Made by a program: the position numbers and the translations under genes. The notes under the pieces were generated by a model. That model was given only the letters and a program-made list of their open reading frames with translations, was not told where the DNA came from and did no database searches. A stretch of 64,000 bases of DNA. Origin: Bacteroidales bacterium (GTDB lineage: Bacteria > Bacteroidota > Bacteroidia > Bacteroidales > UBA3824). The stretch spans positions 136,458 to 200,457 of the forward strand of contig JAEERW010000002.1 of assembly GCA_016286055.1 (NCBI GenBank), written 5' to 3'. Shown here piece after piece: positions 27,708 through 36,131 of this stretch. Each line of letters opens with the position of its first letter. Position 1 is the first letter of the stretch.

Positions 27708-29405
27708 CTACAATGCCAATTTGAATGATTTGCCGTTGATGATTACCACAAATACTCCTGATTTGGCGAGGGAGATTTCTTCGCGTGATGATTTTGTTGT
27801 AGATGTTGCTATTGTGCGGCCTTGGAGGTCGATGATTTTGTATTTGGTGTCGGGAGCAGAGGCAATAAAAATGGTGCGGTTTGACGACCAGACTTTTACG
27901 CTTGGAGCGTTGTCGACTGAAGATACCGGAGTGGGCGGATTTTCAGGGTCGGGGTCGGGATCTGGATCTGGATCTGGGTCTGGGTCAGGATCGGGTGTGG
28001 AGTTTGATTTAGGTTTAATTGTTACACGATACAGCTGACCTTCTTCATAAGAATAAATGGTAGTTTCTTCGGTGTAGGTAACGCCGTTGTAGACGTTGGC
28101 GGTGATGTTCTTAGTCTTGATATCTGGCTTCGGTTTCCAAATCTTGAAACTGCCGCAGAGGTGGAGCATTGCCATATAGTGCACTATTCCGTCGTAGTAG
28201 CGGTTAGACCCCATTATTGGCTTTGCATCCCAGGCCATTTTTAATACCTTAGTGACCAACTCATTATAATCGGGGTCGCCGAGCAAAGCATACGTTGCCA
28301 CAGCGTTTGCGCCAGCTTGACCGATGGTAAACGAGCCTTCAGGTTCAGTGCCGTCCCAGTTGAAGCGAGAATGCTTGTAATTATCATTATCAAAGAAGTC
28401 GGTAATGAGTTTTGCTATTTTTGTCTGACGTTCAGCATCAACGCCAAACAAATAATAGTCCATACCATAATTCATTGGACAGCGAATGGCATCATAAGCA
28501 TACCGTATTGAATTACTGCTATATGCATAATGCGGTGTGCCATCAAAGTTGCTGTAATCGGAGAATAAGCCAGACTTCGAATTGGCGGAACGGTAAATGT
28601 GGTCGCGCGTAGCCGCAGTTGCCTTTTTCCACTTGTCATTGTTGGTTTTTGACCAGCGGCCAAACAAATCAACAAATGCAGGGAGGCTGTAAGACGGGTC
28701 GCTCCATGAGTTGTTGCCCTCAGTAGGCTGAAATGTTATGACATAAGATTGTTCGTTGAACAAAGAAGCATTTGAGCCCTTCCAGCATGATTTCAGTATA
28801 GCCTGTGCATCATTCATATAATCAGCGTTGTTCCATCGGTTAGCTGCAAAAAGCAACGACATCATATAGTAAACTTCGGCATCGGGAGCATTTCCTTTGT
28901 CTGATACGGTGCCATCACGGTTTGCATGCCAAGAGAAGTAACCATTGCCACCCATTTCAGGGTCGTGCCACAGATGAAGTTTCGACCATTGCCATAGTTT
29001 GTCGAACTCGTCCTTGTGGCCAGTCTGTACGGCTATCATCATTCCATACGCCATACCTTCGGAACGGACGTCGTTGTTGACGATATCAACTATATTTGCG
29101 CCATAGCGGTCTTCGTAGTAGATAGTCCTATCAACAACACCACCGAAATAGTGATTCCAAAGTTGATCAAGTTTGGCTTGAATTTCTTCGTCGGTCTTGC
29201 CCAGGTAGGTTTTAAACGGGCTCTCGTATTTGCCAGTGTAATATGCACCAGAATAGTTAGTTTCCTCGGTAGTGGGCCCGAAGTATGCTCCGTCTGGGTC
29301 AAAGAAATCTGAGTGGTTTATCGGTATCTGTGCTGACAAATGCGCTGGGGAAAATGCACATAAGCACACCACCGCCATAATTGCGTAAAAGTTTGTTTTT
29401 TTCAT
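27708..29405 (-). CDS. Glycoside hydrolase family 8 enzyme with Pro-Asp linker and probable T9SS C-terminal sorting domain
   Basis: Signal peptide plus GH8 motifs (VRSEGMAYGMMIAVQ, APDAEVYYMMSLLFAANRW). A (PD)8 linker follows. The final ~65 aa are CTD-like (KYKIIDLQGRTIA..GVFVVIINGKSFKLAL). Confidence 0.8.
   Translation of the reverse strand: MKKTNFYAIMAVVCLCAFSPAHLSAQIPINHSDFFDPDGAYFGPTTEETNYSGAYYTGKYESPFKTYLGKTDEEIQAKLDQLWNHYFGGVVDRTIYYEDRYGANIVDIVNNDVRSEGMAYGMMIAVQTGHKDEFDKLWQWSKLHLWHDPEMGGNGYFSWHANRDGTVSDKGNAPDAEVYYMMSLLFAANRWNNADYMNDAQAILKSCWKGSNASLFNEQSYVITFQPTEGNNSWSDPSYSLPAFVDLFGRWSKTNNDKWKKATAATRDHIYRSANSKSGLFSDYSNFDGTPHYAYSSNSIRYAYDAIRCPMNYGMDYYLFGVDAERQTKIAKLITDFFDNDNYKHSRFNWDGTEPEGSFTIGQAGANAVATYALLGDPDYNELVTKVLKMAWDAKPIMGSNRYYDGIVHYMAMLHLCGSFKIWKPKPDIKTKNITANVYNGVTYTEETTIYSYEEGQLYRVTIKPKSNSTPDPDPDPDPDPDPDPDPENPPTPVSSVDNAPSVKVWSSNRTIFIASAPDTKYKIIDLQGRTIATSTTKSSREEISLAKSGVFVVIINGKSFKLAL
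27946..27996 (-). repeat. Hexanucleotide microsatellite encoding the (Pro-Asp)n linker
   Basis: gggtcggggtcgggatctggatctggatctgggtctgggtcaggatcgggt has a 6-nt period with wobble variation. Confidence 0.9.
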
Positions 29406-29493
29406 TTGGTTAAGTGTTTAAATAATAAAGTGTAATTAGCTGATGCAAAAATGAAAAAATTTTTCCAAAAACACAAACTATTTGCAATAAAAT

Positions 29494-32400
29494 TTATTTA
29501 GCCACCGGCAGCGTAACTATAAACGTGGTGCCTTTGCCAACTTCCGACTCAAACGAGATGTCGCCTTTGGCATTGATTATAATGTTTTTGCACATGGCAA
29601 GACCAAGTCCGCTGCCGCTACTCTTGGTGGTAAAACTCGGAGTAAAGAGTTTGCCCTTAATTTCGTCGGGTATGCCGCAGCCGTTGTCTTTTATTTTTAC
29701 TGTAAGCTTGCCGTCGGCAGTGGTGAGCGAAACGTGGATTTTGCCCTTGATACCGTCGGGAATAGCCTGTGTAGCGTTTTTGATAAGGTTGACAAACACA
29801 CGCGAAATTTGCTCTTTATCTGCCACAATGGTGATGTTGCTATGTCCGCCCAAGTCGGATGTTATCTCCATATTCTCAGTATTGGTAAAGAGTTGAACCA
29901 CATTTGAAAGGGTCTCAACCACATTAAACGGACTTTCGTCGGGTTTGGGCATTTTGGCAAAATTAGAGAATCCCGTGGCTATCGACGACAGCGTATCTAT
30001 CTGTTGTATAAGGGTATTAGAAACCTTTTCGAGTTTGTCGTCGAAGTCGGCATCGTGGTTTTGATGACTACGTATTAAGAACTGAATGCTCAGTTTCATA
30101 GGTGTGAGCGGATTCTTGATTTCGTGGGCAATCTGTTTTGCCATTTCGCGCCATGCGCTTTCGCGTTCGCTCTTGGCAAGTAGGGCGGCACTCTCTTCGA
30201 GTTTTTCCACCATATTGTTGTATTCCGAAACCAACTGACCTATTTCATCCTTGCGGCTGTATTCAATTTTTTCGTGCTTTTTGCCAAGTTCTACCTTCTC
30301 CATCATGTTCTGAATCATACGGATAGGATGTACCATACGTTCCGACAATACTACCGCTATAACTATGCTCAGCAGCATCAGCACCACAAATAGGTTGGTA
30401 AGCGACACTATAATGGTGGACAGTTCGCGCTTCATAACGTCTGGTTTAGAGAAATACGGCAGGTTGATATATCCCATAAGAGCATCGCGCGAATTGTAAA
30501 ACGGAATATAAGCCGATGTATAGCTCATATTGCCGATAGTCTCTTCTTGAATATAGTTGGCTTTTGATCCAAAAACAAGAGTTTTAAGGGCGTTGCCATT
30601 AATTTGCGTACTCAAAAGTCCCTTCTTAAACAACTCCGGACGAGAACTGCCATTGAGCGCACCATCTGGACCATAAATATTTACATCAGTATAAAACACA
30701 TGAGCGGTTTTTGTCAAATATTCATCAAGAGCGGTGTTAAATTCGGGGTTTTGTTTGGATACAAACGAAGCCGAATCACCGTAAGCTTGTTCTATGTGCA
30801 TATACACGCTCTTCATTTTATCGTTGATTTCAGCAGCATTGTCTTGTTGAAATTTTTGTGTATTAAAGTAAGCCATTCCCAAGCAGATAAACACAAACGC
30901 CACCACAAGCACGAGGCACACGGACCCCACAAGACGCACTTTAAGTTGCGAACGATACTCATCCATTTTGTGCTCCACTATCACTTTAATAGTAATGCAG
31001 ATCAACACCAGCATAGTATAAGCCACAAACAGATAGGCAAACGACACAAGATAGTCGATAAAACCAATCTCTTGGCGTGAAATCACCACAATATCGCTCT
31101 TGTTTTTGTAAACAGTATGCACATATCCTTCGTAGCAAAACACAGCCGAAGAGTCGTTGGAATTGCGCAGTTGCTGTGCAAACAATTCGTCGCCTAGGTC
31201 GTAAACGAACGACCCGTGCTGCTTGGTTTTGCGCCCATTGCGGTATTTGGCATAGTTGCAATCCTCAAGGAGCGACGACTGCATTTCGCCATTGAGCAGC
31301 AGTTCGGGATAACCGAAATCCTGAGGCACAGGTTTGTCGTCGAGACGTATAATAATATAATATGGTGTGTCGCCCACATTGGCGCGGAGTTGACCAATGT
31401 AGCTGATACCGCCATCGGGATTGTCGATAAAATAAAAATCAGAACCCGTGATTTCGCTACCGTACTTGGCAATTGTTTCGGCGGTTTCGTTCTGCATAGA
31501 TAGAAAAGGAACGCCCGGAGTGGCCTCAAACACTTTTACCGAAAGGTTGTATTTGTTCCAATATCCATTAAAGTGCCATTTTTGAAGATAATCGTAAACA
31601 CGGTTGCCATTTTTTACGTCGGCAGCAAGATAGTCGGCAACAAGTGCGTCGCCAGATATTTCGGAAGTAAAATCCTGAAGAAGTAGTTCCGCTATATTGT
31701 CGTGCTCGTCTACCGCCGCCATCACTTGCTCTTCGCTAAGATGCTGCTGTTTTTGCTCTGCAGTATGCGTAATAACCAACGACGAGAGCGCCGCACTCAA
31801 AAATATCATAAACATATAACGATATATACTGTTTGTGGCATTGGCATAGTGCATTAAGCAAGCCGACAACACTATTGAAGCCACATAAACCATAGTGGCG
31901 CACAAAAAAGTATGGTCCGACAGCAGCGACAGCAAAGCCGCAACAATGCCCGCTGATGCTACAATAATAAGAGCCTTGCGGATATCGCGTTTGTTTATCA
32001 GCGACACATAAGAGGTGATTTTTACTATTGCATATATCAACGAAGCAAAAACAAATGCAAAAATACCTATACTTGCCACACTAAACACATTGAGGGCAAA
32101 CACGTTGGTAAGTTGATACGGTATTGCAGAATCTGCGATAAGTGATTCGAGCACCGAATGAAACGACACCACAACGTAAATACCTATAGCAGCAACCGCA
32201 AAGAAGAAACATCCACGGGTAAACTCTGTCCAAGATTTGATTCGTTCGCCAAGTTTTACATAATCAGCAAGTTTTAACACTGCAACTATCACAAACAGCC
32301 AAACCATAGAGTTGATAAGCAAATCGCCAAAAGTAGGGGACAAAAAACCGCCTTGGAAATACATCGGGTCAAAAAAGTCGAGAGTATAAACATTTGGTGG

Positions 32401-33195
32401 CAGTTTATAAGCCATTGATACAATACGCACCACTATGGTGGCGAATATTATACCACATATTTTCAACGAATTGCCAGCAGTTTGAGCAAGAGTGCCGATA
32501 TACTGCAGCAAAAACAACAAGAGAAACAGAAGTCCAGCCAAAAACAAAATGCCAACAGAAGTATAGTCGGCAGCATCGTTGTCTACCTCGTTGAGCGGTA
32601 CAAGGGTGAAAATATATTTGCCCTCTTTATCCTGAATATCAAAGCCATACGATAAAGTAATAGGCGACAGTTTAAATGTGGGACTGATATGGAATTCGGG
32701 CACGAAACTCTTACTAAGGTATTTATTTTCAATACTATACTCATTTTTTAAGAGTATAAGCCCTACATAAATGGTTTTATCCTTAGTTACGGTGCGGATT
32801 TCGTACCAACCATTGCTCAGGTGTGCAATACGGTTGTTAATACCTGATTGTGAATATAGTTTGTTAATCGGAGATTTGTTATCGCTCCAAAAACGAAGAG
32901 TATCATTCTCAAAAACAAAAATAGAAATACCTTGATTTTCAAGTTCTTTGAGGTTTTCTTGCAAAACGTATATAGAGTTTTCCCTAACAATGCCGTTGCC
33001 TGTCTCCACCATCGAACGCACATTAGCAATTATGCTGTCGGTGCGGCTTTCTTTTTCGTGTAGCACTTTTGATACACGGTTCACGTCCACGTCGTAGGTT
33101 TTCAACCCGCTCAGGTACGACTGTAACGCAGAAGCCACCGCAAACAGTATTACGGCATAAACCAAAAATTGTATCTTTTTAAACTTCTCTTTCAC
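29494..33195 (-). CDS. Very large multi-TM sensor histidine kinase (NtrY-like HisKA/HATPase core); no response regulator adjacent
   Basis: 1233 aa. The H-box is WREMAKQIAHEIKNPLTPMKLSIQFL, with N/G boxes (NLIKNATQAI, DNGCGIP, GSGLGLAMCKNII). The N-terminal 900 aa contain many hydrophobic helices separated by two large loop domains. Confidence 0.8.
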   Translation of the reverse strand: MKEKFKKIQFLVYAVILFAVASALQSYLSGLKTYDVDVNRVSKVLHEKESRTDSIIANVRSMVETGNGIVRENSIYVLQENLKELENQGISIFVFENDTLRFWSDNKSPINKLYSQSGINNRIAHLSNGWYEIRTVTKDKTIYVGLILLKNEYSIENKYLSKSFVPEFHISPTFKLSPITLSYGFDIQDKEGKYIFTLVPLNEVDNDAADYTSVGILFLAGLLFLLLFLLQYIGTLAQTAGNSLKICGIIFATIVVRIVSMAYKLPPNVYTLDFFDPMYFQGGFLSPTFGDLLINSMVWLFVIVAVLKLADYVKLGERIKSWTEFTRGCFFFAVAAIGIYVVVSFHSVLESLIADSAIPYQLTNVFALNVFSVASIGIFAFVFASLIYAIVKITSYVSLINKRDIRKALIIVASAGIVAALLSLLSDHTFLCATMVYVASIVLSACLMHYANATNSIYRYMFMIFLSAALSSLVITHTAEQKQQHLSEEQVMAAVDEHDNIAELLLQDFTSEISGDALVADYLAADVKNGNRVYDYLQKWHFNGYWNKYNLSVKVFEATPGVPFLSMQNETAETIAKYGSEITGSDFYFIDNPDGGISYIGQLRANVGDTPYYIIIRLDDKPVPQDFGYPELLLNGEMQSSLLEDCNYAKYRNGRKTKQHGSFVYDLGDELFAQQLRNSNDSSAVFCYEGYVHTVYKNKSDIVVISRQEIGFIDYLVSFAYLFVAYTMLVLICITIKVIVEHKMDEYRSQLKVRLVGSVCLVLVVAFVFICLGMAYFNTQKFQQDNAAEINDKMKSVYMHIEQAYGDSASFVSKQNPEFNTALDEYLTKTAHVFYTDVNIYGPDGALNGSSRPELFKKGLLSTQINGNALKTLVFGSKANYIQEETIGNMSYTSAYIPFYNSRDALMGYINLPYFSKPDVMKRELSTIIVSLTNLFVVLMLLSIVIAVVLSERMVHPIRMIQNMMEKVELGKKHEKIEYSRKDEIGQLVSEYNNMVEKLEESAALLAKSERESAWREMAKQIAHEIKNPLTPMKLSIQFLIRSHQNHDADFDDKLEKVSNTLIQQIDTLSSIATGFSNFAKMPKPDESPFNVVETLSNVVQLFTNTENMEITSDLGGHSNITIVADKEQISRVFVNLIKNATQAIPDGIKGKIHVSLTTADGKLTVKIKDNGCGIPDEIKGKLFTPSFTTKSSGSGLGLAMCKNIIINAKGDISFESEVGKGTTFIVTLPVAK

Positions 33196-33267
33196 TTTAT
33201 ATGTTGTTTCTGTGTTTCAAGGTTTGTATTTGCAAATGCCTTGCCAACAATTCACAGTTATCAAAAA

Positions 33268-33741
33268 TTATTCGTGATGGTAGGGTTCGTTGTTGATGAT
33301 GGTGAATGCGCGGTATAGCTGCTCCATAAAAATCAGGCGCACCATCTGATGCGAGAAAGTCATCTTAGAGAGCGAGATTTTCTCGTCGGATTTTTGATAT
33401 ACCTGATTGTCAAAACCATACGGACCGCCTATTATAAAGGTGATGTCCTTGTTTTGGAGCGAGATTTTTTTGGAAATGTACTGCGAAAACTCCATCGAGG
33501 TGAACTCCTTGCCGTGTTCGTCTAAGAGTATGCGCACCGACGACGTGTCGAGATACGGCATAAGCAACTCACTCTCTTTCTGTTTGATGGTGTCGAAGGG
33601 CATATTAGCGGTATTCTTCAAATCTTTAAGCACCACAAACTCAAAAGGGATATACTTTTTTATCCTTTTTTCGTATTCGGCGCAGGCATCCACAAGGTAT
33701 TTTTCTACCGTGCGGCCTACTACCACAAATCTTATTTTCAT
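33268..33741 (-). CDS. rlmH: 23S rRNA (pseudouridine1915-N3)-methyltransferase RlmH
   Basis: MKIRFVVVGRT..YEKRIKKY..IGGPYGF..LSLSKMTFSHQMVRLIFMEQLYRA. Start set at ATG 33741 (157 aa). Confidence 0.9.
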   Translation of the reverse strand: MKIRFVVVGRTVEKYLVDACAEYEKRIKKYIPFEFVVLKDLKNTANMPFDTIKQKESELLMPYLDTSSVRILLDEHGKEFTSMEFSQYISKKISLQNKDITFIIGGPYGFDNQVYQKSDEKISLSKMTFSHQMVRLIFMEQLYRAFTIINNEPYHHE

Positions 33742-34001
33742 TTTTTGTTGTTCCTTGTCTAATAAACTTGTCTTGTTTGCTGCGTTTGATGTGCAAATAT
33801 AACAAAAAATAAAATGCCAATTCAAAAAAAGGACAATTTTCCTATCATTCAAAAATTGTGATACCACTCTGCCTTATCAGCGCTAAAAAGTTCAAAAAAG
33901 AGATTGTCGTAACTACGAATTTGTGCAAACGACAAATGTGTAATCGCTAAAAAAAATATTAAGAGAATTATCTTTTTACCCATAAATAAATACCTACGTC
34001 G

Positions 34002-34454
34002 TTATAGTTTATCTTCATATGATGGATACATTTTCATATTTTGCATCGTAGGAGTAGGCGGATAAGGGATGGAGTATTCAAGCTTACCAAAATCTGCGCC
34101 AGTCATACTATATCGAAGCAAAATATTATAAGTTTCAAGTGTATATTTAAGACCATATTTACTAAGAGTGTCTTTATTTATAATAAAATATTGAATAGTA
34201 TCTTTTAATTTCTCACATTCATAATCCGATTCAAAGACAATAGCTGACTTGTCGTTTGGTATAGACTGCGCAGCTTGTTTTTCCTCAACAATTGCAATTG
34301 TGTCTGAATTGTAAAAAGCAAACACATAAATAGTATCTCCTGTATTATTAGATAATTGTACGATATAATCGCCTCCACATACAGAATTCCAATAGTCATT
34401 GCAAGATACCAAAAGCAACATGATTACACAAGAAATAGAGAATTTGAATTTCAT
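34002..34454 (-). CDS. Small lipoprotein, paralog C of a three-member family (candidate immunity protein)
   Basis: Lipobox LLLVSC. The C-terminus (LLRYSMTGADFGKLEYSIPYPPTPTMQNMKMYPSYEDKL) is shared with 35188-35670. Confidence 0.6.
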   Translation of the reverse strand: MKFKFSISCVIMLLLVSCNDYWNSVCGGDYIVQLSNNTGDTIYVFAFYNSDTIAIVEEKQAAQSIPNDKSAIVFESDYECEKLKDTIQYFIINKDTLSKYGLKYTLETYNILLRYSMTGADFGKLEYSIPYPPTPTMQNMKMYPSYEDKL

Positions 34455-34483
34455 ATTACTAAATAATATACAATGCGTATCAT

Positions 34484-35158
34484 TTATTTTACAGTATTAA
34501 TCATATTTTCGTTTTTGGGAATAATCTCATCTGTCTTTCGAAAATGCGGTGAATTATTCTTAATTCTATAAATATTGGGAACTGGCACATAATTAAGCTC
34601 AGACAATTGATGTTCAGAAAAATTGCGAAAGAAATCAGATATTTTGATAGATTTTTTATCAAAATAATAAAGAGTATTATTTTTAACATACAATAATCCT
34701 GGAATTAGATAATTCGAGAATGAACGGCAATACAAAATTGCATCAGGATTACAAGCTAATATACGTTTTAATATTTTTTTATTACATTCAAAATATCTTA
34801 TATCAGACAATCCCCAATCAAAACTTGCTATATACATTAATTTGCTTTTGTCATCAACATAAGCCATAGAGTAAACAATGCAACTGTCTACGACTATTCT
34901 GTTATAAATACTAACATCGTCCAAACTATCTTTTAAATTCACAAAAAGAATTGATATTAAAGGATTTGCATTGTATTTTGACCTGTCGAACCGCTCATTA
35001 TGAGTGATTATAGCAGATTCGTCAATCAACGAATCGATTGCCGGAATATAGGCTCGCTTTACTTCATCAGAATTAAATCTCAAAATAGTCTCCAATGATT
35101 GACCATAAACCGAGCAACCTAATAGTGTTAAAAGTATAGCTATCAAGATAGGTTTCAT
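34484..35158 (-). CDS. Secreted or lipoprotein of unknown function
   Basis: 224 aa with signal/lipobox LTLLGC. The ORF is AT-rich and I recognised no motif. Confidence 0.5.
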   Translation of the reverse strand: MKPILIAILLTLLGCSVYGQSLETILRFNSDEVKRAYIPAIDSLIDESAIITHNERFDRSKYNANPLISILFVNLKDSLDDVSIYNRIVVDSCIVYSMAYVDDKSKLMYIASFDWGLSDIRYFECNKKILKRILACNPDAILYCRSFSNYLIPGLLYVKNNTLYYFDKKSIKISDFFRNFSEHQLSELNYVPVPNIYRIKNNSPHFRKTDEIIPKNENMINTVK

Positions 35159-35187
35159 ATTATAATTGACATTGACATAAACAAGAC

Positions 35188-35670
35188 CTATTCCGTTTCC
35201 TTAATAATCTCCTCATACGGCGGATACATTTTCATATCCTTCATAGCAGCGGAAGGGGGATAGGGAACCGTGAATTGGAGATTAATAATATCATCACCAG
35301 ACAAATCATAACGAGTTAACACTTTATAGTTTTTACAAATGTCTAACCACGAGCAAATATAATAAATTTCTTCGTCCAAAATGAAAACTGAAAATGTGTC
35401 CGTTGAAGATATAGCGTTTGCTTTCTTTTGATTCCAATATTTAAAAATATAAGAGTTGCCAGGTTTTAATACCCTCGTAGACTTTTCATAGATAGAATAG
35501 TCTTCATTTATTATAGTGTCGTTCTCTCTGAGGTCAAAAAAAGAATAATCTTGGATTAAAATTATATTTTTATCAGACATATTTTTAATTGATGCATTAT
35601 TGGAATCAAAATATTCTTTTTTGCATCCCGAACATAATAATAGGACAAACAATACAATCAATAACTTCAT
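35188..35670 (-). CDS. Small lipoprotein, paralog B (candidate immunity protein)
   Basis: Lipobox LLLCSGC. The C-terminus is YICSWLDICKNYKVLTRYDLSGDDIINLQFTVPYPPSAAMKDMKMYPPYEE. Confidence 0.6.
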   Translation of the reverse strand: MKLLIVLFVLLLCSGCKKEYFDSNNASIKNMSDKNIILIQDYSFFDLRENDTIINEDYSIYEKSTRVLKPGNSYIFKYWNQKKANAISSTDTFSVFILDEEIYYICSWLDICKNYKVLTRYDLSGDDIINLQFTVPYPPSAAMKDMKMYPPYEEIIKETE

Positions 35671-35681
35671 AGCTTAATGTG

Positions 35682-36131
35682 TTAAAATTTTATTATACGC
35701 ATTTTATTCATTTCACTTGTGGGTGGAAACTCCACAACTAACGGATAGTTGTGGAGTTCCTTAAGTATGAGTATATCTTCTTTTGAAAGTACATATATAT
35801 ACAAAAACATTTGTTTATCAGTTATATCAGACCAAGAATAATTCAGACATGTTTTTTTATCAATTATGAATAATGCAATACTATCATTTTCCCATATTTG
35901 ATCTAATTCAATCAGGCTGTTTTTTGTCTCGTTAGGTTTCAATGTGCATCTAAAAGTATTCTCAGAGAAGATATAAGGCATTACAGTGTCTGCATAATGC
36001 AATTTGGTTATAATGTGCACGGTGTGTTCCGATGTATTTTTGAAATACAATGTTTCAGGTTCTTCGTCCATATATAAATGGCAACCCGAAAAAACAAGAA
36101 TCGATAAAAACAGAAAAATTTTAAAATCCAT
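35682..36131 (-). CDS. Small lipoprotein, divergent paralog A, overlapping the Rhs stop by 11 nt (candidate cognate immunity protein)
   Basis: I chose the start at ATG 36131 (MDFKIFLFLSILVFSGC). The C-terminus (LNYSWSDITDKQMFLYIYVLSKEDILILKELHNYPLVVEFPPTSEMNKMRIIKF) aligns with paralogs B and C. Confidence 0.55.
   Translation of the reverse strand: MDFKIFLFLSILVFSGCHLYMDEEPETLYFKNTSEHTVHIITKLHYADTVMPYIFSENTFRCTLKPNETKNSLIELDQIWENDSIALFIIDKKTCLNYSWSDITDKQMFLYIYVLSKEDILILKELHNYPLVVEFPPTSEMNKMRIIKF

Noticed and set aside
27589-28038. 149-aa plus-strand ORF ending in GSGSGSGSGS.
   Set aside because: It is antisense to the 3' end of the GH8 gene, and the Gly-Ser run is just the complement of the Pro-Asp linker.
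33843-33983. 46-aa minus-strand ORF (MGKKIILLIFFLAITHLSFAQIRSYDNLFFELFSADKAEWYHNF) with a signal-peptide-like start, just downstream of the lipoprotein array.
   Set aside because: It is too short and has no supporting motif or obvious promoter. It could be a real small secreted peptide or the remnant of a decayed gene. I cannot support it from sequence alone.
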